Shown: positions 1-8,583 of the stretch, in pieces
Layout: every line of letters begins with the position of its first letter
Position numbering within the stretch: position 1 is the first letter of the stretch
NCBI GenBank assembly: GCA_934613415.1
Contig: CAKTSY010000003.1
Span: forward strand, 1-32,000
Length of the DNA stretch: 32,000 nucleotides
Reading direction: 5' to 3'
Source of the DNA: an uncultured Opitutales bacterium
Lineage (GTDB): Bacteria > Verrucomicrobiota > Verrucomicrobiia > Opitutales > Intestinicryptomonadaceae
The notes under the pieces: generated by a model
Database searches by the model: none
What the model was told of the DNA's origin: nothing
Seen by the model: only the letters and a program-made list of their open reading frames with translations
Position numbers and translations under genes: made by a program

Positions 1-2
1 TT

Positions 3-548
3 TTGCCCGACGGCAACATTGTTACGGCAGCCTCGGACGGCAACCACATATGCCTTTTCGACAAAACACAAAACCGCAACACATTCGACACTGTAAAAAA
101 GATAAATTACGAGCTTGAGTTTGCACACGGCGTTGTGTGGGACAAAAAGCGTGAAATTTTGTGGGCGTTGGGGCTAAACCAAATAAAAGCGTTTAAATAC
201 GAAAAAACGCCAAAACCAAAACTTGTTTTGCTTGAAAACATAGATTTACCCGCAAAAGATTTTAACGGACACGACCTATACCCCATTCCGAACAAAGATC
301 TTTTGTTTGTTACGGGCGAGAAATCGGTTTGCGTTTTCGACCCCGTAAGCAAAAAAATATTTACCGCATGCTACGAGGAAAATCTAAAAAGCATTTCGCA
401 ACTTAATGGCGAGATAATATTTTTGCGCCCCGAAATTTCGTGGTATTCGCAAACCGTAAAATTTGCCAACGGCAAAACGGCCGCTTCGGCAAAAGGCGCA
501 AAATTCTACAAAGCCCGCTGGCTTGTTCCCAACACTTTCAGCGAATAG
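3..548 (+). CDS. hypothetical protein, C-terminal part (5' end lies outside the window)
   Basis: The ORF is open from the window edge to TAG at 546-548. I can name no motif. Short strand-like segments (HGVVWD, LWALG, LLFVTG, VCVFDP) give a by-eye impression of a beta-propeller-type fold only. Confidence 0.55.
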   Translation: MPDGNIVTAASDGNHICLFDKTQNRNTFDTVKKINYELEFAHGVVWDKKREILWALGLNQIKAFKYEKTPKPKLVLLENIDLPAKDFNGHDLYPIPNKDLLFVTGEKSVCVFDPVSKKIFTACYEENLKSISQLNGEIIFLRPEISWYSQTVKFANGKTAASAKGAKFYKARWLVPNTFSE

Positions 549-1025
549 CGCGCCACGCTTAAGCACAGGGGTTTCACTTCGTAAAATATTGTTTATTCCA
601 TCAACAGAATCTGACAATATTTTTACAATCAGTGATTCCAACCTACTATAACAAGCGATGCACCAACCATTTTAAGGAGTTTGTAGCATGAAATAGAACC
701 TCCGAGCAACTTAGAGGAAAACCCATGCATATAGCCGTAAATCAAAAGCACAATAAAGGCAATAAGTAGCATTACTAAAACAATACTTAACGCGGTTCAT
801 ATACGCCACATATTTCGTTATTGCATACAAATTTCTTACAAGTTGAAAGCAATTTTGGTTAAAAACTTTATACCCACAGCACATTTTTACACTAAACGCT
901 TTTTGTTTTTGCTCAACTGACTATATTTGCGATAGTTATAGTAAAAATTTTGCTTGCATAATTTTTAAAGAAAATCTATTTAATACTTCGTAAATTTTTG
1001 CGATAACAACAATGTAGGTTATGCC

Positions 1026-1352
1026 ATGAAGCCAAAACACAAACTAAACAAATCGCTTATCGTTCTCGGGTTGGGGATGCTTACAATGCTTTTCCCGAAT
1101 ATTTCGGTCCAAAAGGCGTATTCGGCGCAAAAATCTTTTAGCGTGGCAACAAACTATGCCAAATTTGCGCTTTGGCAATGCGGCAAGAAGAATAAAAAAG
1201 GCGAATCGCTTTTTACCGAAGAAGAAAGTGAGGCGACCGAGTCGCCAAAAAACGAAACGCCTAAGATTAAGATAAACAAGAACAATATGTATAAGCCGAA
1301 CGGCATAAAATGGCCGCCGGTGCCGGAAAATTTTAACGCCTGCAACAACTAG
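1026..1352 (+). CDS. small secreted hypothetical protein
   Basis: 108-aa ORF. The N-terminus KSLIVLGLGMLTMLFPNISVQKAYSA looks like a signal peptide, and the remainder is Lys/Glu/Asn-rich. A hairpin terminator follows. No recognisable family. Confidence 0.45.
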   Translation: MKPKHKLNKSLIVLGLGMLTMLFPNISVQKAYSAQKSFSVATNYAKFALWQCGKKNKKGESLFTEEESEATESPKNETPKIKINKNNMYKPNGIKWPPVPENFNACNN

Positions 1353-1388
1353 CAAAAAAACGCCAACGGGAACACCCTTGGCGTTTTA
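1353..1388. terminator. bidirectional intrinsic terminator between convergent genes
   Basis: Stem AAACGCCAA (1358-1366) pairs with TTGGCGTTT (1378-1386). An A-run precedes it and a T-run follows. It lies between the + ORF ending at 1352 and the - ORF ending at 1386. Confidence 0.5.
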
Positions 1389-1871
1389 TAGTATCAGCAA
1401 ATAGTCTACCACCCCAAGATATTTGCCGAACTTTTTGCCAACCTGCTCGAAGTGCGACACTTTTTTAAACCCAAAATTTTCGTGCAGCTTTTCGCTTTGT
1501 GCGTTGCCTTCGGTTATGCAAGCTACCAATGCGTGGCACGGACAATTTTTGCACTCGGCTAGCAGTTTTTGCATAAGCTTTGTGCCTATTTTCCCGCCCC
1601 TTGCCGCATGGGCAACGTAAACCGAAGTTTCGTAGGTTTGTGCGTAGGCCGCCCTTTGCTTCCATCTGTGAGCATAGCAATAGCCCAAAACGGTATCGTT
1701 ATTATCTACAAAAACATAATACGGAAATTCCGCCGAAATAGCCTCTATGCGTTTTTGCATTTCCGCTACGGTTAAAATTTCGGTTTCGAAAGTGGCGGTT
1801 GAATTTGCAATGTAGTAATTGTAAATTTCGGCAATCTTTTCGGCGTCGGATATTTTTACGGGTCTAATCAT
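1386..1871 (-). CDS. GNAT family N-acetyltransferase, phosphinothricin/methionine-sulfoximine acetyltransferase (PAT/MnaT)-like
   Basis: 161 aa. The N-terminus IRPVKISDAEKIAEIYNYYIANSTATFE is typical of PAT-type GNATs. The acetyl-CoA loop is ARGGKIGTKLMQKLL and the C-terminal segment is GFKKVSHFEQVGKKFGKYLGVV. Confidence 0.8.
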   Translation of the reverse strand: MIRPVKISDAEKIAEIYNYYIANSTATFETEILTVAEMQKRIEAISAEFPYYVFVDNNDTVLGYCYAHRWKQRAAYAQTYETSVYVAHAARGGKIGTKLMQKLLAECKNCPCHALVACITEGNAQSEKLHENFGFKKVSHFEQVGKKFGKYLGVVDYLLIL

Positions 1872-1884
1872 ATAAGTGCAAAAT

Positions 1885-3081
1885 TTAGTTTTCGTTCTCG
1901 ACGGTTGTAGGCCCGAAGATTTTTTGATAGCGGCGCGCTACAAGCGAAAGAACCGCGGCACATAAAGCCCCGCAAACTATCAATATTGAAAAACTTAAAA
2001 CCTCGTTGCCGATGCCTATAAGCGGGGCTGCCACAGCCCCTACAAAGAAGGGCAAAGCCCCAAGCAACGCCGCGGCGGTTCCCGCATTTTGCCTTTGGCT
2101 GTCTAGCACTATTGCAGACGCAGCAGGCGCTGCAATGCCGAATGATGTCATCATAAAAAACAGCATAGTTTCAAGCAAAGCAACAGGGACTTTAAGCGTC
2201 GCGCAAAGGGCCGCCGCCACTGCAAAGCACAAAATTGAAAAGCCCGAAAACACAACGGCGTGTCTGCGGCGTTTAAATTTTGCCGAAAATGCCGCCCCTA
2301 TGCCTATGCCGACCGCATTTAGCGCAAATACCGAGCTAAATTCCATAGGTTTAAAATCGTAAATATTTTCGAATATAAAAGGACTTGCCGATATGTACGA
2401 AAAAAGCACGGTTGCCATTGCCGCCTGCTGAAGTATATACGAAAGCGCAACTTTGTCGCGCACAACGTTTGCATATAGGGCAAATGTAGATACAATGGGC
2501 AAATTAGACCTTCTTGAAGGCTCTAAAGACTCGTCTATTTTATAGCTAAGAATGAGCAGCGCAACCCCCAAAAGAAACAGCAAAACAAATATTGCGCGCC
2601 ATGGAGCCAAAAGCAGGCTTACGCCGCCCGCTATGGGAGCGGCCACAGGGGCAATGCTATGCACCGCCGCAATTAACGCCAAAAACTTAACAAGCTCCAT
2701 TCCCGAATATTTGTCGGACGAAATAGACCTTGAAAGCACAATGCCGCCCGCCCCTGCAATGCCCTGCAAAAAACGCATTACAATAAAGCTGTATATGTCG
2801 GCAGCAAAAATGCAGCCTATAGAAGCCGCAACAAATAAATACATGGAAAACAAAAGTGGCTTTCTTCTGCCGAACTTGTCGCTAATTGGCCCCACAAAAA
2901 GTTGGCCAATTCCAAGCCCGAACATACAAATGCCCATACTAAGTTGCACTAAAAACGTGTTTGCGCAAAATGCCTGCGAAAGGTTGGGCAAAGCGGGCAA
3001 ATACATATCGGTAACAAAGGGCCCGAATGCCGACAACGCCGCCAGTGTTACCAAAAACAAAATTTTATTCTTTTTTTCCAT
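1885..3081 (-). CDS. MFS transporter, Bcr/CflA-type drug:H+ antiporter
   Basis: 398 aa with about 12 hydrophobic segments. The N-terminal LSAFGPFVTDMYLPALP signature and MFS motif A (GPISDKFGRRKPLL) are present. It lies 13 bp upstream of the GNAT gene on the same strand, so an operon is likely. Confidence 0.8.
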   Translation of the reverse strand: MEKKNKILFLVTLAALSAFGPFVTDMYLPALPNLSQAFCANTFLVQLSMGICMFGLGIGQLFVGPISDKFGRRKPLLFSMYLFVAASIGCIFAADIYSFIVMRFLQGIAGAGGIVLSRSISSDKYSGMELVKFLALIAAVHSIAPVAAPIAGGVSLLLAPWRAIFVLLFLLGVALLILSYKIDESLEPSRRSNLPIVSTFALYANVVRDKVALSYILQQAAMATVLFSYISASPFIFENIYDFKPMEFSSVFALNAVGIGIGAAFSAKFKRRRHAVVFSGFSILCFAVAAALCATLKVPVALLETMLFFMMTSFGIAAPAASAIVLDSQRQNAGTAAALLGALPFFVGAVAAPLIGIGNEVLSFSILIVCGALCAAVLSLVARRYQKIFGPTTVENEN

Positions 3082-3237
3082 TATGCTATATGCGCAGCAA
3101 TAGTATGCAAAAAGAATTGCTTTTCAACAAATTTTAGGCAATGCAAACGGCAAACAGCCAATTAAAGAGATACCGTAAAAGCTTGACTATATGACATTGA
3201 ACAAAAATAATCCTGTGTCTTTTGGTATTTATATAAG

Positions 3238-4245
3238 ATGAGAACAACACCGATAGTATTTGCCGTGCTTATTTTTACGGCAAAGCTGCTTTGCGCGCAG
3301 CCCGTAAAAAAGGGAGAATTTATATTTGAATTCTCGCGCTTTTTGCATGTGCACTGCGCATCGATTACCGAAAACGCAAATAAAGAACTTATATGCACAT
3401 GGTTTGGCGGCAAATACGAAAAGACGCCCGACACCTCCATTTTTGTTTCGAGAAAGATTAACGGAGTTTGGACATTGCCAAAGGAAATTGCAAATGCAAC
3501 CGAGCTTTCCGAAAAAAGACTGGCCGCCTGGAACCCCATTTTGTGGAAATACAACAACGACATAATTATTTCGTATAAAATAGGCGATTCTCCCAGAACG
3601 TGGACGGGATTTTACAAAATTTCGAAAGACCAGGGCAAAACCTGGGGCGAGCCGAACGCCTACCCCGAAGGCTTTTTAGGAACCGTAAAAAACAAGCCCT
3701 TTGTTACAAAAAGCGGCAGAATTATTGCGCCGTCGTCTACGGAATTTCACTCGTCTTTTGGGTGGTTCCCGCATTTCGAAATAAGCGACGACGGCAAAAC
3801 TTGGAGAAAAACCGCTCCCAAAAAGTCCCTCACACAGTGTATTCAGCCAGCTTTGGTAGAGTGCCCAAACGGGCAAATTACGGCTTTTATGCGCTCTAGA
3901 AACGGCGTTATTGCTACAACCACAACAAAAGACTACGGCGAAACTTGGAGCGACGTGGAAAAAACAAACATTAAAAACCCCAATTCGGGCATAGACGCAG
4001 TTTTTATGGACGGAATTTATGTTATTGCCTGCAACCCCGAAGAGCACGGCAGAAACAAGCTTGCAATAATGACTTCGAAAGACGCCAAGAATTGGAAGAT
4101 TTTATACTATCTTGAAAACCAAAAAAGCGGAGAATTTTCGTATCCGTCGCTTTTTGTAGATTCCGACGGGAACCTGCACGCCGTATATAGCTACAACAGA
4201 CAATACATAAAGCATATTCAATTAAATAAAGACGAAATAAGGTAA
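3238..4245 (+). CDS. BNR/Asp-box repeat protein, sialidase (GH33)-like six-bladed propeller
   Basis: 335 aa with signal peptide MRTTPIVFAVLIFTAKLLCAQ. There are three clear Asp-boxes (SKDQGKTW, SDDGKTW, TKDYGETW) and a degenerate fourth (SKDAKNW). I saw no obvious FRIP motif, so substrate is not assigned. Confidence 0.75.
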   Translation: MRTTPIVFAVLIFTAKLLCAQPVKKGEFIFEFSRFLHVHCASITENANKELICTWFGGKYEKTPDTSIFVSRKINGVWTLPKEIANATELSEKRLAAWNPILWKYNNDIIISYKIGDSPRTWTGFYKISKDQGKTWGEPNAYPEGFLGTVKNKPFVTKSGRIIAPSSTEFHSSFGWFPHFEISDDGKTWRKTAPKKSLTQCIQPALVECPNGQITAFMRSRNGVIATTTTKDYGETWSDVEKTNIKNPNSGIDAVFMDGIYVIACNPEEHGRNKLAIMTSKDAKNWKILYYLENQKSGEFSYPSLFVDSDGNLHAVYSYNRQYIKHIQLNKDEIR

Positions 4246-4919
4246 TGAATTTTTCTAAAATATTAAGAAGAACGTTGCGTTGGTTTGTTGTTATAATTGC
4301 AACAGTTGTTGCCGGTTTTTACATAGACAGGCACTTTGTACGCTTCTATAAAACCGAAGTTAGACCCGCAATTTTAACGGAGTTTGAAGCCAACGTTTTG
4401 CCCGTGTTTGACGGGAAAACAAAGGTAAACCGCCAAACATTCTTAAAAAGTTTTGGAACTCTTGCCTGCGAAGCCGAAAAAACCGCCATTAAAGAATGCG
4501 GCTTTACCGAAAAAACCGCGCCCGAATATTCGCTTTTGTGCGTGCTTATTGCCGAAGCTTTAAAAGAAGCCGACTTTACCGCCACAAACAATGTAGAAGC
4601 CGTGTTTTCAGGCACCTGGGCAAAGAACGACTCCATAAAAAAATTTAGCGAACGCCCCTACTATGCCAAAATTTTTGCCGAATTTATCCCTTCGGAAATA
4701 GGAGGGGAAACGCACTACGCCGACACCGAAAAAAACTTTATAATAGTTTCGTGCCTAATAGACATAAACAATGTGCCGCACTTCGATTTCCCAATGTCGG
4801 TAAACGGCAAATCGCTTTGGCAGCTTTGCGGTTTTAGGGAAATAAACGGAACCCTTACGCTGGAAAATAACGCGAAGGAAAAGCTTTTAAAGTTTGTTAA
4901 GCAACAAAAAGAAAAATAG
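4245..4919 (+). CDS. hypothetical membrane-anchored protein
   Basis: 224 aa. The start overlaps the upstream stop (TAATG at 4243-4247), indicating translational coupling. A single N-terminal TM segment (WFVVIIATVVAGFYI) is present. No recognisable domain. Confidence 0.55.
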   Translation: MNFSKILRRTLRWFVVIIATVVAGFYIDRHFVRFYKTEVRPAILTEFEANVLPVFDGKTKVNRQTFLKSFGTLACEAEKTAIKECGFTEKTAPEYSLLCVLIAEALKEADFTATNNVEAVFSGTWAKNDSIKKFSERPYYAKIFAEFIPSEIGGETHYADTEKNFIIVSCLIDINNVPHFDFPMSVNGKSLWQLCGFREINGTLTLENNAKEKLLKFVKQQKEK

Positions 4920-4940
4920 ATTTTAAACTGCACAAACGCA

Positions 4941-4980
4941 AAAAAACGCTCCGAAAAATCGGAGCGTTTTCTGTTTTTTA
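4941..4980. terminator. bidirectional intrinsic terminator
   Basis: Stem AAAACGCTCCGA (4943-4954) pairs with TCGGAGCGTTTT (4959-4970) around an AAAA loop. A-run and T-run flank it. It sits between convergent genes ending at 4919 (+) and 4995 (-). Confidence 0.7.
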
Positions 4981-4994
4981 TGGCTGCAAAAATA

Positions 4995-5864
4995 CTAAAA
5001 GCCCCTAGCCTTTAGGCACTTTGCCATAACGTCGAACATATCGGGGTCTTTATAGCCGTGTTTGCCTTTGGAAATTAAGTGCAATTCGGCGGGAACGTCG
5101 AAATTTTTCAACGCCAAATAGTAGGCGATTGCAGCGTCCAAATAAGGGTCGAACTGCGACTGCGTTATAAAGGCGGGAGGCGTGTTTTTGTCTATCTTGT
5201 TCCAGTCGGCAATTTCGTACAGATAGGAATAGTCGCCAGACTTTGCCTTTGGTTTGCCCATTCTGCGGTCTTTTTCGGGCTGCGAGCAATAGGCAGGATA
5301 TATCAAAATAGTGTAGTCGGGCTTAGACGAAAGTTTGTCGATTTCGTCTATCGGCGCATACGAATTTTCGGCATAGTTTGTAGACGTTCTTGCCGCCAAG
5401 CTAGCCCCAGCCGAAAAGCCCATAATTGCAATTTTGTTGGGGTTTATGTTAAGCTCTTTTGCCTTCGAGCGCACAAGCCTTACCGCCCTTTGCGCGTCTT
5501 GCAAAGCTCCGTCGAAATTGTTCGGCACCCTATATTCCAAAACGGCGGCAGAAATCCCCTTTTTATTGAAAAACTCTGCAATCTTAAAACCTTCGCCGCT
5601 AACAGAGTATAGACAAGAATAACCGCCCCCCGGGCAAACTATAACCAAACCGCCGTCTTTTGCGCCCTCGGCGGGGTAATATGTAATTCTTGCCCTTTTA
5701 ATGCTCGGGCGCGAGGGAGGATTTTTACTTTTCGAGAAATCCAAAGGCTCGGTTACAGTTCCCGGCATTTTGCCGCCGCACCAAATGTCGGAGGTTGGTT
5801 TTTCCTGCGCAAAGGCGGTTGCCAATGCCATTAAAGAGAGTATGCAAAATAGTTTCTTCATCAT
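4995..5864 (-). CDS. secreted alpha/beta hydrolase (acetyl esterase/lipase-like)
   Basis: 289 aa with signal peptide MMKKLFCILSLMALATAFAQ. The oxyanion-type segment is VIVCPGGGY, the nucleophile elbow is GFSAGA (GxSxG), and a C-terminal His region is KGKHGY. Confidence 0.75.
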   Translation of the reverse strand: MMKKLFCILSLMALATAFAQEKPTSDIWCGGKMPGTVTEPLDFSKSKNPPSRPSIKRARITYYPAEGAKDGGLVIVCPGGGYSCLYSVSGEGFKIAEFFNKKGISAAVLEYRVPNNFDGALQDAQRAVRLVRSKAKELNINPNKIAIMGFSAGASLAARTSTNYAENSYAPIDEIDKLSSKPDYTILIYPAYCSQPEKDRRMGKPKAKSGDYSYLYEIADWNKIDKNTPPAFITQSQFDPYLDAAIAYYLALKNFDVPAELHLISKGKHGYKDPDMFDVMAKCLKARGF

Positions 5865-5910
5865 ATGCAGTTTATCTATACGAAGCCGATTTTGCTTTCA
5901 AACAAAAAAT

Positions 5911-6756
5911 CTACCGTTTTCTTTTCGGATTTTTGCAGACAAAGCCCGCCGGGGTAAGCTCGCCCAAATAGCGCGCGTTTTCCATAATATCGCCGCTGGG
6001 CAAAACTTTGCTTTTATACGAGCCCATATTATAGTTTTTGCCGCAGTAAATATCGTATTCAACCTCGTTGGCGTCCGCAAAACCCATTCGCCCGTTTATG
6101 GTATCTTTGCCCTTTAGCTCGGCGTAGGTATCGCAAAAAACGTCGTACACTCTTTCGTTTTTAGTGTCTATAAAGAACGAATTGCCAATACCGCCCGTGC
6201 ATTTTAGATATAGCCAGCCGTTTTTTAATTTATACACGGCAAAGTTGCTTTGCCCGCAGGTATCGGGGAAAATCCCCACTATTTTGCCGCTTTTAAATTT
6301 TATGCGCCTATCGTATTCGGGACACATTGCAAAGGCACGCTTAAACTGCATTTTGCAGCCGTCGTATTGCGGCAGCGCAACATTGCTATAATATAAAGTG
6401 CTTGCCAAAAGGTTCAGCAGAAAAACCGCAAAAACCGTGCAATACGACACAACAAAGCCAACCGCAAAACCTAAAAGTGCACCAAAAACCCCAATATTGT
6501 TTTTATCCGCAGCCAACCAGTATAGCAAAAAGCCCAAAAGAACTATGCAAAAAGCAATGTTAAACAACGCAAAGTGGTATGTCTCTGGCAAAAGTTCGCC
6601 CACTGCTATATATAAAAGCCCCATTGCCGCGCAAAAAAGCGGCATTGTCTTTAGCGAAAACCCAAGCCAACAAAATAGCAGTATTTTTTTGCAAAAAATT
6701 TGCGCTAGCCACGAAAGCCCAAGCAACGCAAAAACCAACTCTAGCAACATCAACAT
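5911..6756 (-). CDS. hypothetical integral membrane protein with a C-terminal soluble domain
   Basis: 281 aa. About 4-5 hydrophobic helices fill the first ~130 aa. A Cys/Gly/Tyr-containing soluble region follows (KLKNGWLYLKCTGGIGNSFFIDTKNERVYDVF). No family recognised. Confidence 0.5.
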   Translation of the reverse strand: MLMLLELVFALLGLSWLAQIFCKKILLFCWLGFSLKTMPLFCAAMGLLYIAVGELLPETYHFALFNIAFCIVLLGFLLYWLAADKNNIGVFGALLGFAVGFVVSYCTVFAVFLLNLLASTLYYSNVALPQYDGCKMQFKRAFAMCPEYDRRIKFKSGKIVGIFPDTCGQSNFAVYKLKNGWLYLKCTGGIGNSFFIDTKNERVYDVFCDTYAELKGKDTINGRMGFADANEVEYDIYCGKNYNMGSYKSKVLPSGDIMENARYLGELTPAGFVCKNPKRKR

Positions 6757-6893
6757 AGCGGGCGTATTTTTTATACCGTTTGCAACAAAGTCAAATTTTT
6801 TGTTTTTATAAAAAGTGTTTTATGGGTTGGTTTTTATCTTGCAATTATATGCAAATTTGGCACCTTCAAAAAAAAGAACTTAAGATACCCCCG

Positions 6894-7304
6894 ATGGACG
6901 CAATATCAAAGGCATTTTACGACTACTGCAAAGCAAACGGACTAAAAAAAACTGTCCCGCGCCGCGCCGTGTTCGAGTTGTTCTATCACGGGGGCATACA
7001 CATTAGCGTAGACGACGTGTTTAGACAAATTCGCAAAAAGCTGCCCTCCATTAAAGAAGAGAGCCTTTACCGCGTTTTGGCAGACCTTGAGCGAACGGGC
7101 AATATACGCAGGATGGACATTAGGGGCGTAATGAAATACGAATCGGCAAAGACGGTTCACGACCATTTTGTTTGCTCGCAATGCGGCAAGATTATAGACG
7201 TAAAAAGCTTTGGCGTTAGCGCGCCAAAAATGCTAAAAAACGCCAGCATAAGCTCTGTTACGGTATACGGCGTTTGCCCCGACTGCCAAAAATCCAAAGC
7301 ATAG
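6894..7304 (+). CDS. Fur family transcriptional regulator (metal specificity not assignable)
   Basis: I start at the ATG at 6894 (MDAISKAFYDYC...). The track ORF from 6780 begins at a non-ATG codon and adds 38 implausible residues. A winged-helix part (SLYRVLADLERTGNIRR), HDHFVCSQCGK and a C-terminal CPDC form the Fur-type HxH plus Cys4 pattern. Confidence 0.75.
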   Translation: MDAISKAFYDYCKANGLKKTVPRRAVFELFYHGGIHISVDDVFRQIRKKLPSIKEESLYRVLADLERTGNIRRMDIRGVMKYESAKTVHDHFVCSQCGKIIDVKSFGVSAPKMLKNASISSVTVYGVCPDCQKSKA

Positions 7305-7318
7305 GAATTAAACAAATG

Positions 7319-7366
7319 AAAACACTGCCGAAAATTTTTTTGTTTTTAACTTTTGCAGTGTTTTTT
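7319..7366 (+). terminator. hairpin downstream of the Fur-family gene (possible terminator)
   Basis: A perfect 10-bp inverted repeat, AAAACACTGC (7319-7328) and GCAGTGTTTT (7355-7364), runs into T6. The loop is unusually long (26 nt), so confidence is moderate. Confidence 0.4.
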
Positions 7367-7439
7367 AGCGGGAATGCCTCTTTAAAATAAAATTCTTTTG
7401 CTTGATTTTGCGGACAAAGGGGTTTTTATTTTGCGGTTT

Positions 7440-8315
7440 ATGTTAATGTTTTTCCCTTTAATTGCGGCGGCGTTATATAGCGTTAGCGTTATCTTGGTAA
7501 AGGAGTATTCCTCGTTCGGCAAAATGTCGGGCGTGGGAGCTTTGATATTGAACAACGCAATTATGTGTGCGGCTTTTGCGCCCGCGCTGTTTTTCGGCGA
7601 GGCCGTCGATTTGCACAAAATTTGGGAACCCGTGCTTATAGGCGTGTTTTGGGGATTGGCGAACATTGCAACTTTTATCTGCGCGCAAAAGGGCGAAGTT
7701 TCGCTAATGACGCCAATTATGGGCGTAAAGGTTTTAATTGTATTTGTTTTTGCGCACTTTCTTATTGGGGCGGTTCTTACAACGCCCATGTACATTGCGG
7801 GTTTTGCGTGCTGCTTTGCGGTTTTCCTTATGGGCTTCGACAAAAGCTCTTTAAAAAGCAAAAAGTTTGCAATAACGCTGGTGTTGGCGTTGTTGGCGTG
7901 CACTTCGTATGCAGCGGCCGACGTTTTAATACAAACATTTTCCGCCGACTTTTCGCCGTGGCACATGCTGGCAATTTCGTCGGTATCGGTTTTGGTTTCG
8001 TCGTTTCCCTTTCTGCATAAGTTTGCTGCCGAAGTTAGGAACGCCGACAAAAAAAGCCTTTCGCTTTGCGCGCTTGCCGCCCTGATTATGGCGGTGGAAA
8101 GCTTGTTTATATTCTATGCAATAAGGGAGGGAGTGGGAGCCGCCCTTTGCAACATTCTGTACAATATGCGCGGGGTAATTTCGGTTGTATTGGTGTTTAT
8201 TTTGGGCAAAAAGCTAAAGGGTGTTGCCGAATTAAACACGACTATGGCCACAAAAAGGCTTGTAGGCTCGATTATAATCATTGCGGCTGTTGCCTTTGCC
8301 GTATTTACGAAATAG
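7440..8315 (+). CDS. DMT superfamily (EamA-like) transporter
   Basis: About 10 hydrophobic segments arranged as two similar halves. An EamA-like segment is GEVSLMTPIMGVKVLIVFVFAHFLIG. The start is set at the ATG at 7440; the track ORF starts at a TTG at 7398, so the start is uncertain. Confidence 0.5.
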   Translation: MLMFFPLIAAALYSVSVILVKEYSSFGKMSGVGALILNNAIMCAAFAPALFFGEAVDLHKIWEPVLIGVFWGLANIATFICAQKGEVSLMTPIMGVKVLIVFVFAHFLIGAVLTTPMYIAGFACCFAVFLMGFDKSSLKSKKFAITLVLALLACTSYAAADVLIQTFSADFSPWHMLAISSVSVLVSSFPFLHKFAAEVRNADKKSLSLCALAALIMAVESLFIFYAIREGVGAALCNILYNMRGVISVVLVFILGKKLKGVAELNTTMATKRLVGSIIIIAAVAFAVFTK

Positions 8316-8343
8316 AGCGGCAAAACAACTGCCTTTTACCCGC

Positions 8344-8372
8344 AAAAAAGCCCCCCGAAAATTCGGGGAGCT
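8344..8372 (-). terminator. intrinsic terminator of the feoA-feoB-small ORF operon
   Basis: The minus strand reads AGCTCCCCG-AATTTT-CGGGGGGCT followed by TTTTTT. It lies 28 nt downstream of the stop of the 59-aa ORF. Confidence 0.7.
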
Positions 8373-8399
8373 TGCTATTACGACAGATTATGAAATTTT

Positions 8400-8579
8400 T
8401 TATTCGTCTTTTGCCGCCCAAGTTTTAACTTTTCTCGGTTCTTTGCCCTTCGAGCACGAGCAGCAACCGCCCGAACACGAAGAACAGTGGCTATTGCGGC
8501 CTTTCTTTAGTTTTTTCGACACAATCAATATGCCTACGGCCGCCAACAAAGCCACAACTATTGTAAGACCTCTTTCCAT
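8400..8579 (-). CDS. FeoB-associated Cys-rich small membrane protein
   Basis: Hand-translated, since it is below the ORF-track size cut-off: MERGLTIVVALLAAVGILIVSKKLKKGRNSHCSSCSGGCCSCSKGKEPRKVKTWAAKDE. An AGGAGG motif sits 9 nt upstream and the ATG is 4 nt after the feoB stop. One TM helix plus a CxxC/CC cluster is the hallmark of the FeoB-associated Cys-rich family. Confidence 0.8.
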   Translation of the reverse strand: MERGLTIVVALLAAVGILIVSKKLKKGRNSHCSSCSGGCCSCSKGKEPRKVKTWAAKDE

Positions 8580-8583
8580 ATAA

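Noticed and set aside
6857-6875. Perfect TGGCAC hexamer upstream of the Fur-family gene
   Set aside because: There is no GC (-12) element at the required spacing, because the downstream sequence is an A-run. It is not a sigma-54 promoter.
7316-7390. 24-codon ORF (MKTLPKIFLFLTFAVFFSGNASLK) after the Fur-family gene
   Set aside because: It coincides with the 10-bp inverted repeat and T-run best read as the gene's terminator. It has no SD sequence and nothing to suggest it is a real peptide gene.
8281-8583. 100-aa plus-strand ORF in the track downstream of the DMT transporter gene
   Set aside because: It overlaps the end of the transporter gene and runs through the feo-operon terminator. It has no start context and a low-complexity product. 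The minus-strand 59-aa Cys-rich ORF, with AGGAGG and feoB coupling, explains the interval better.
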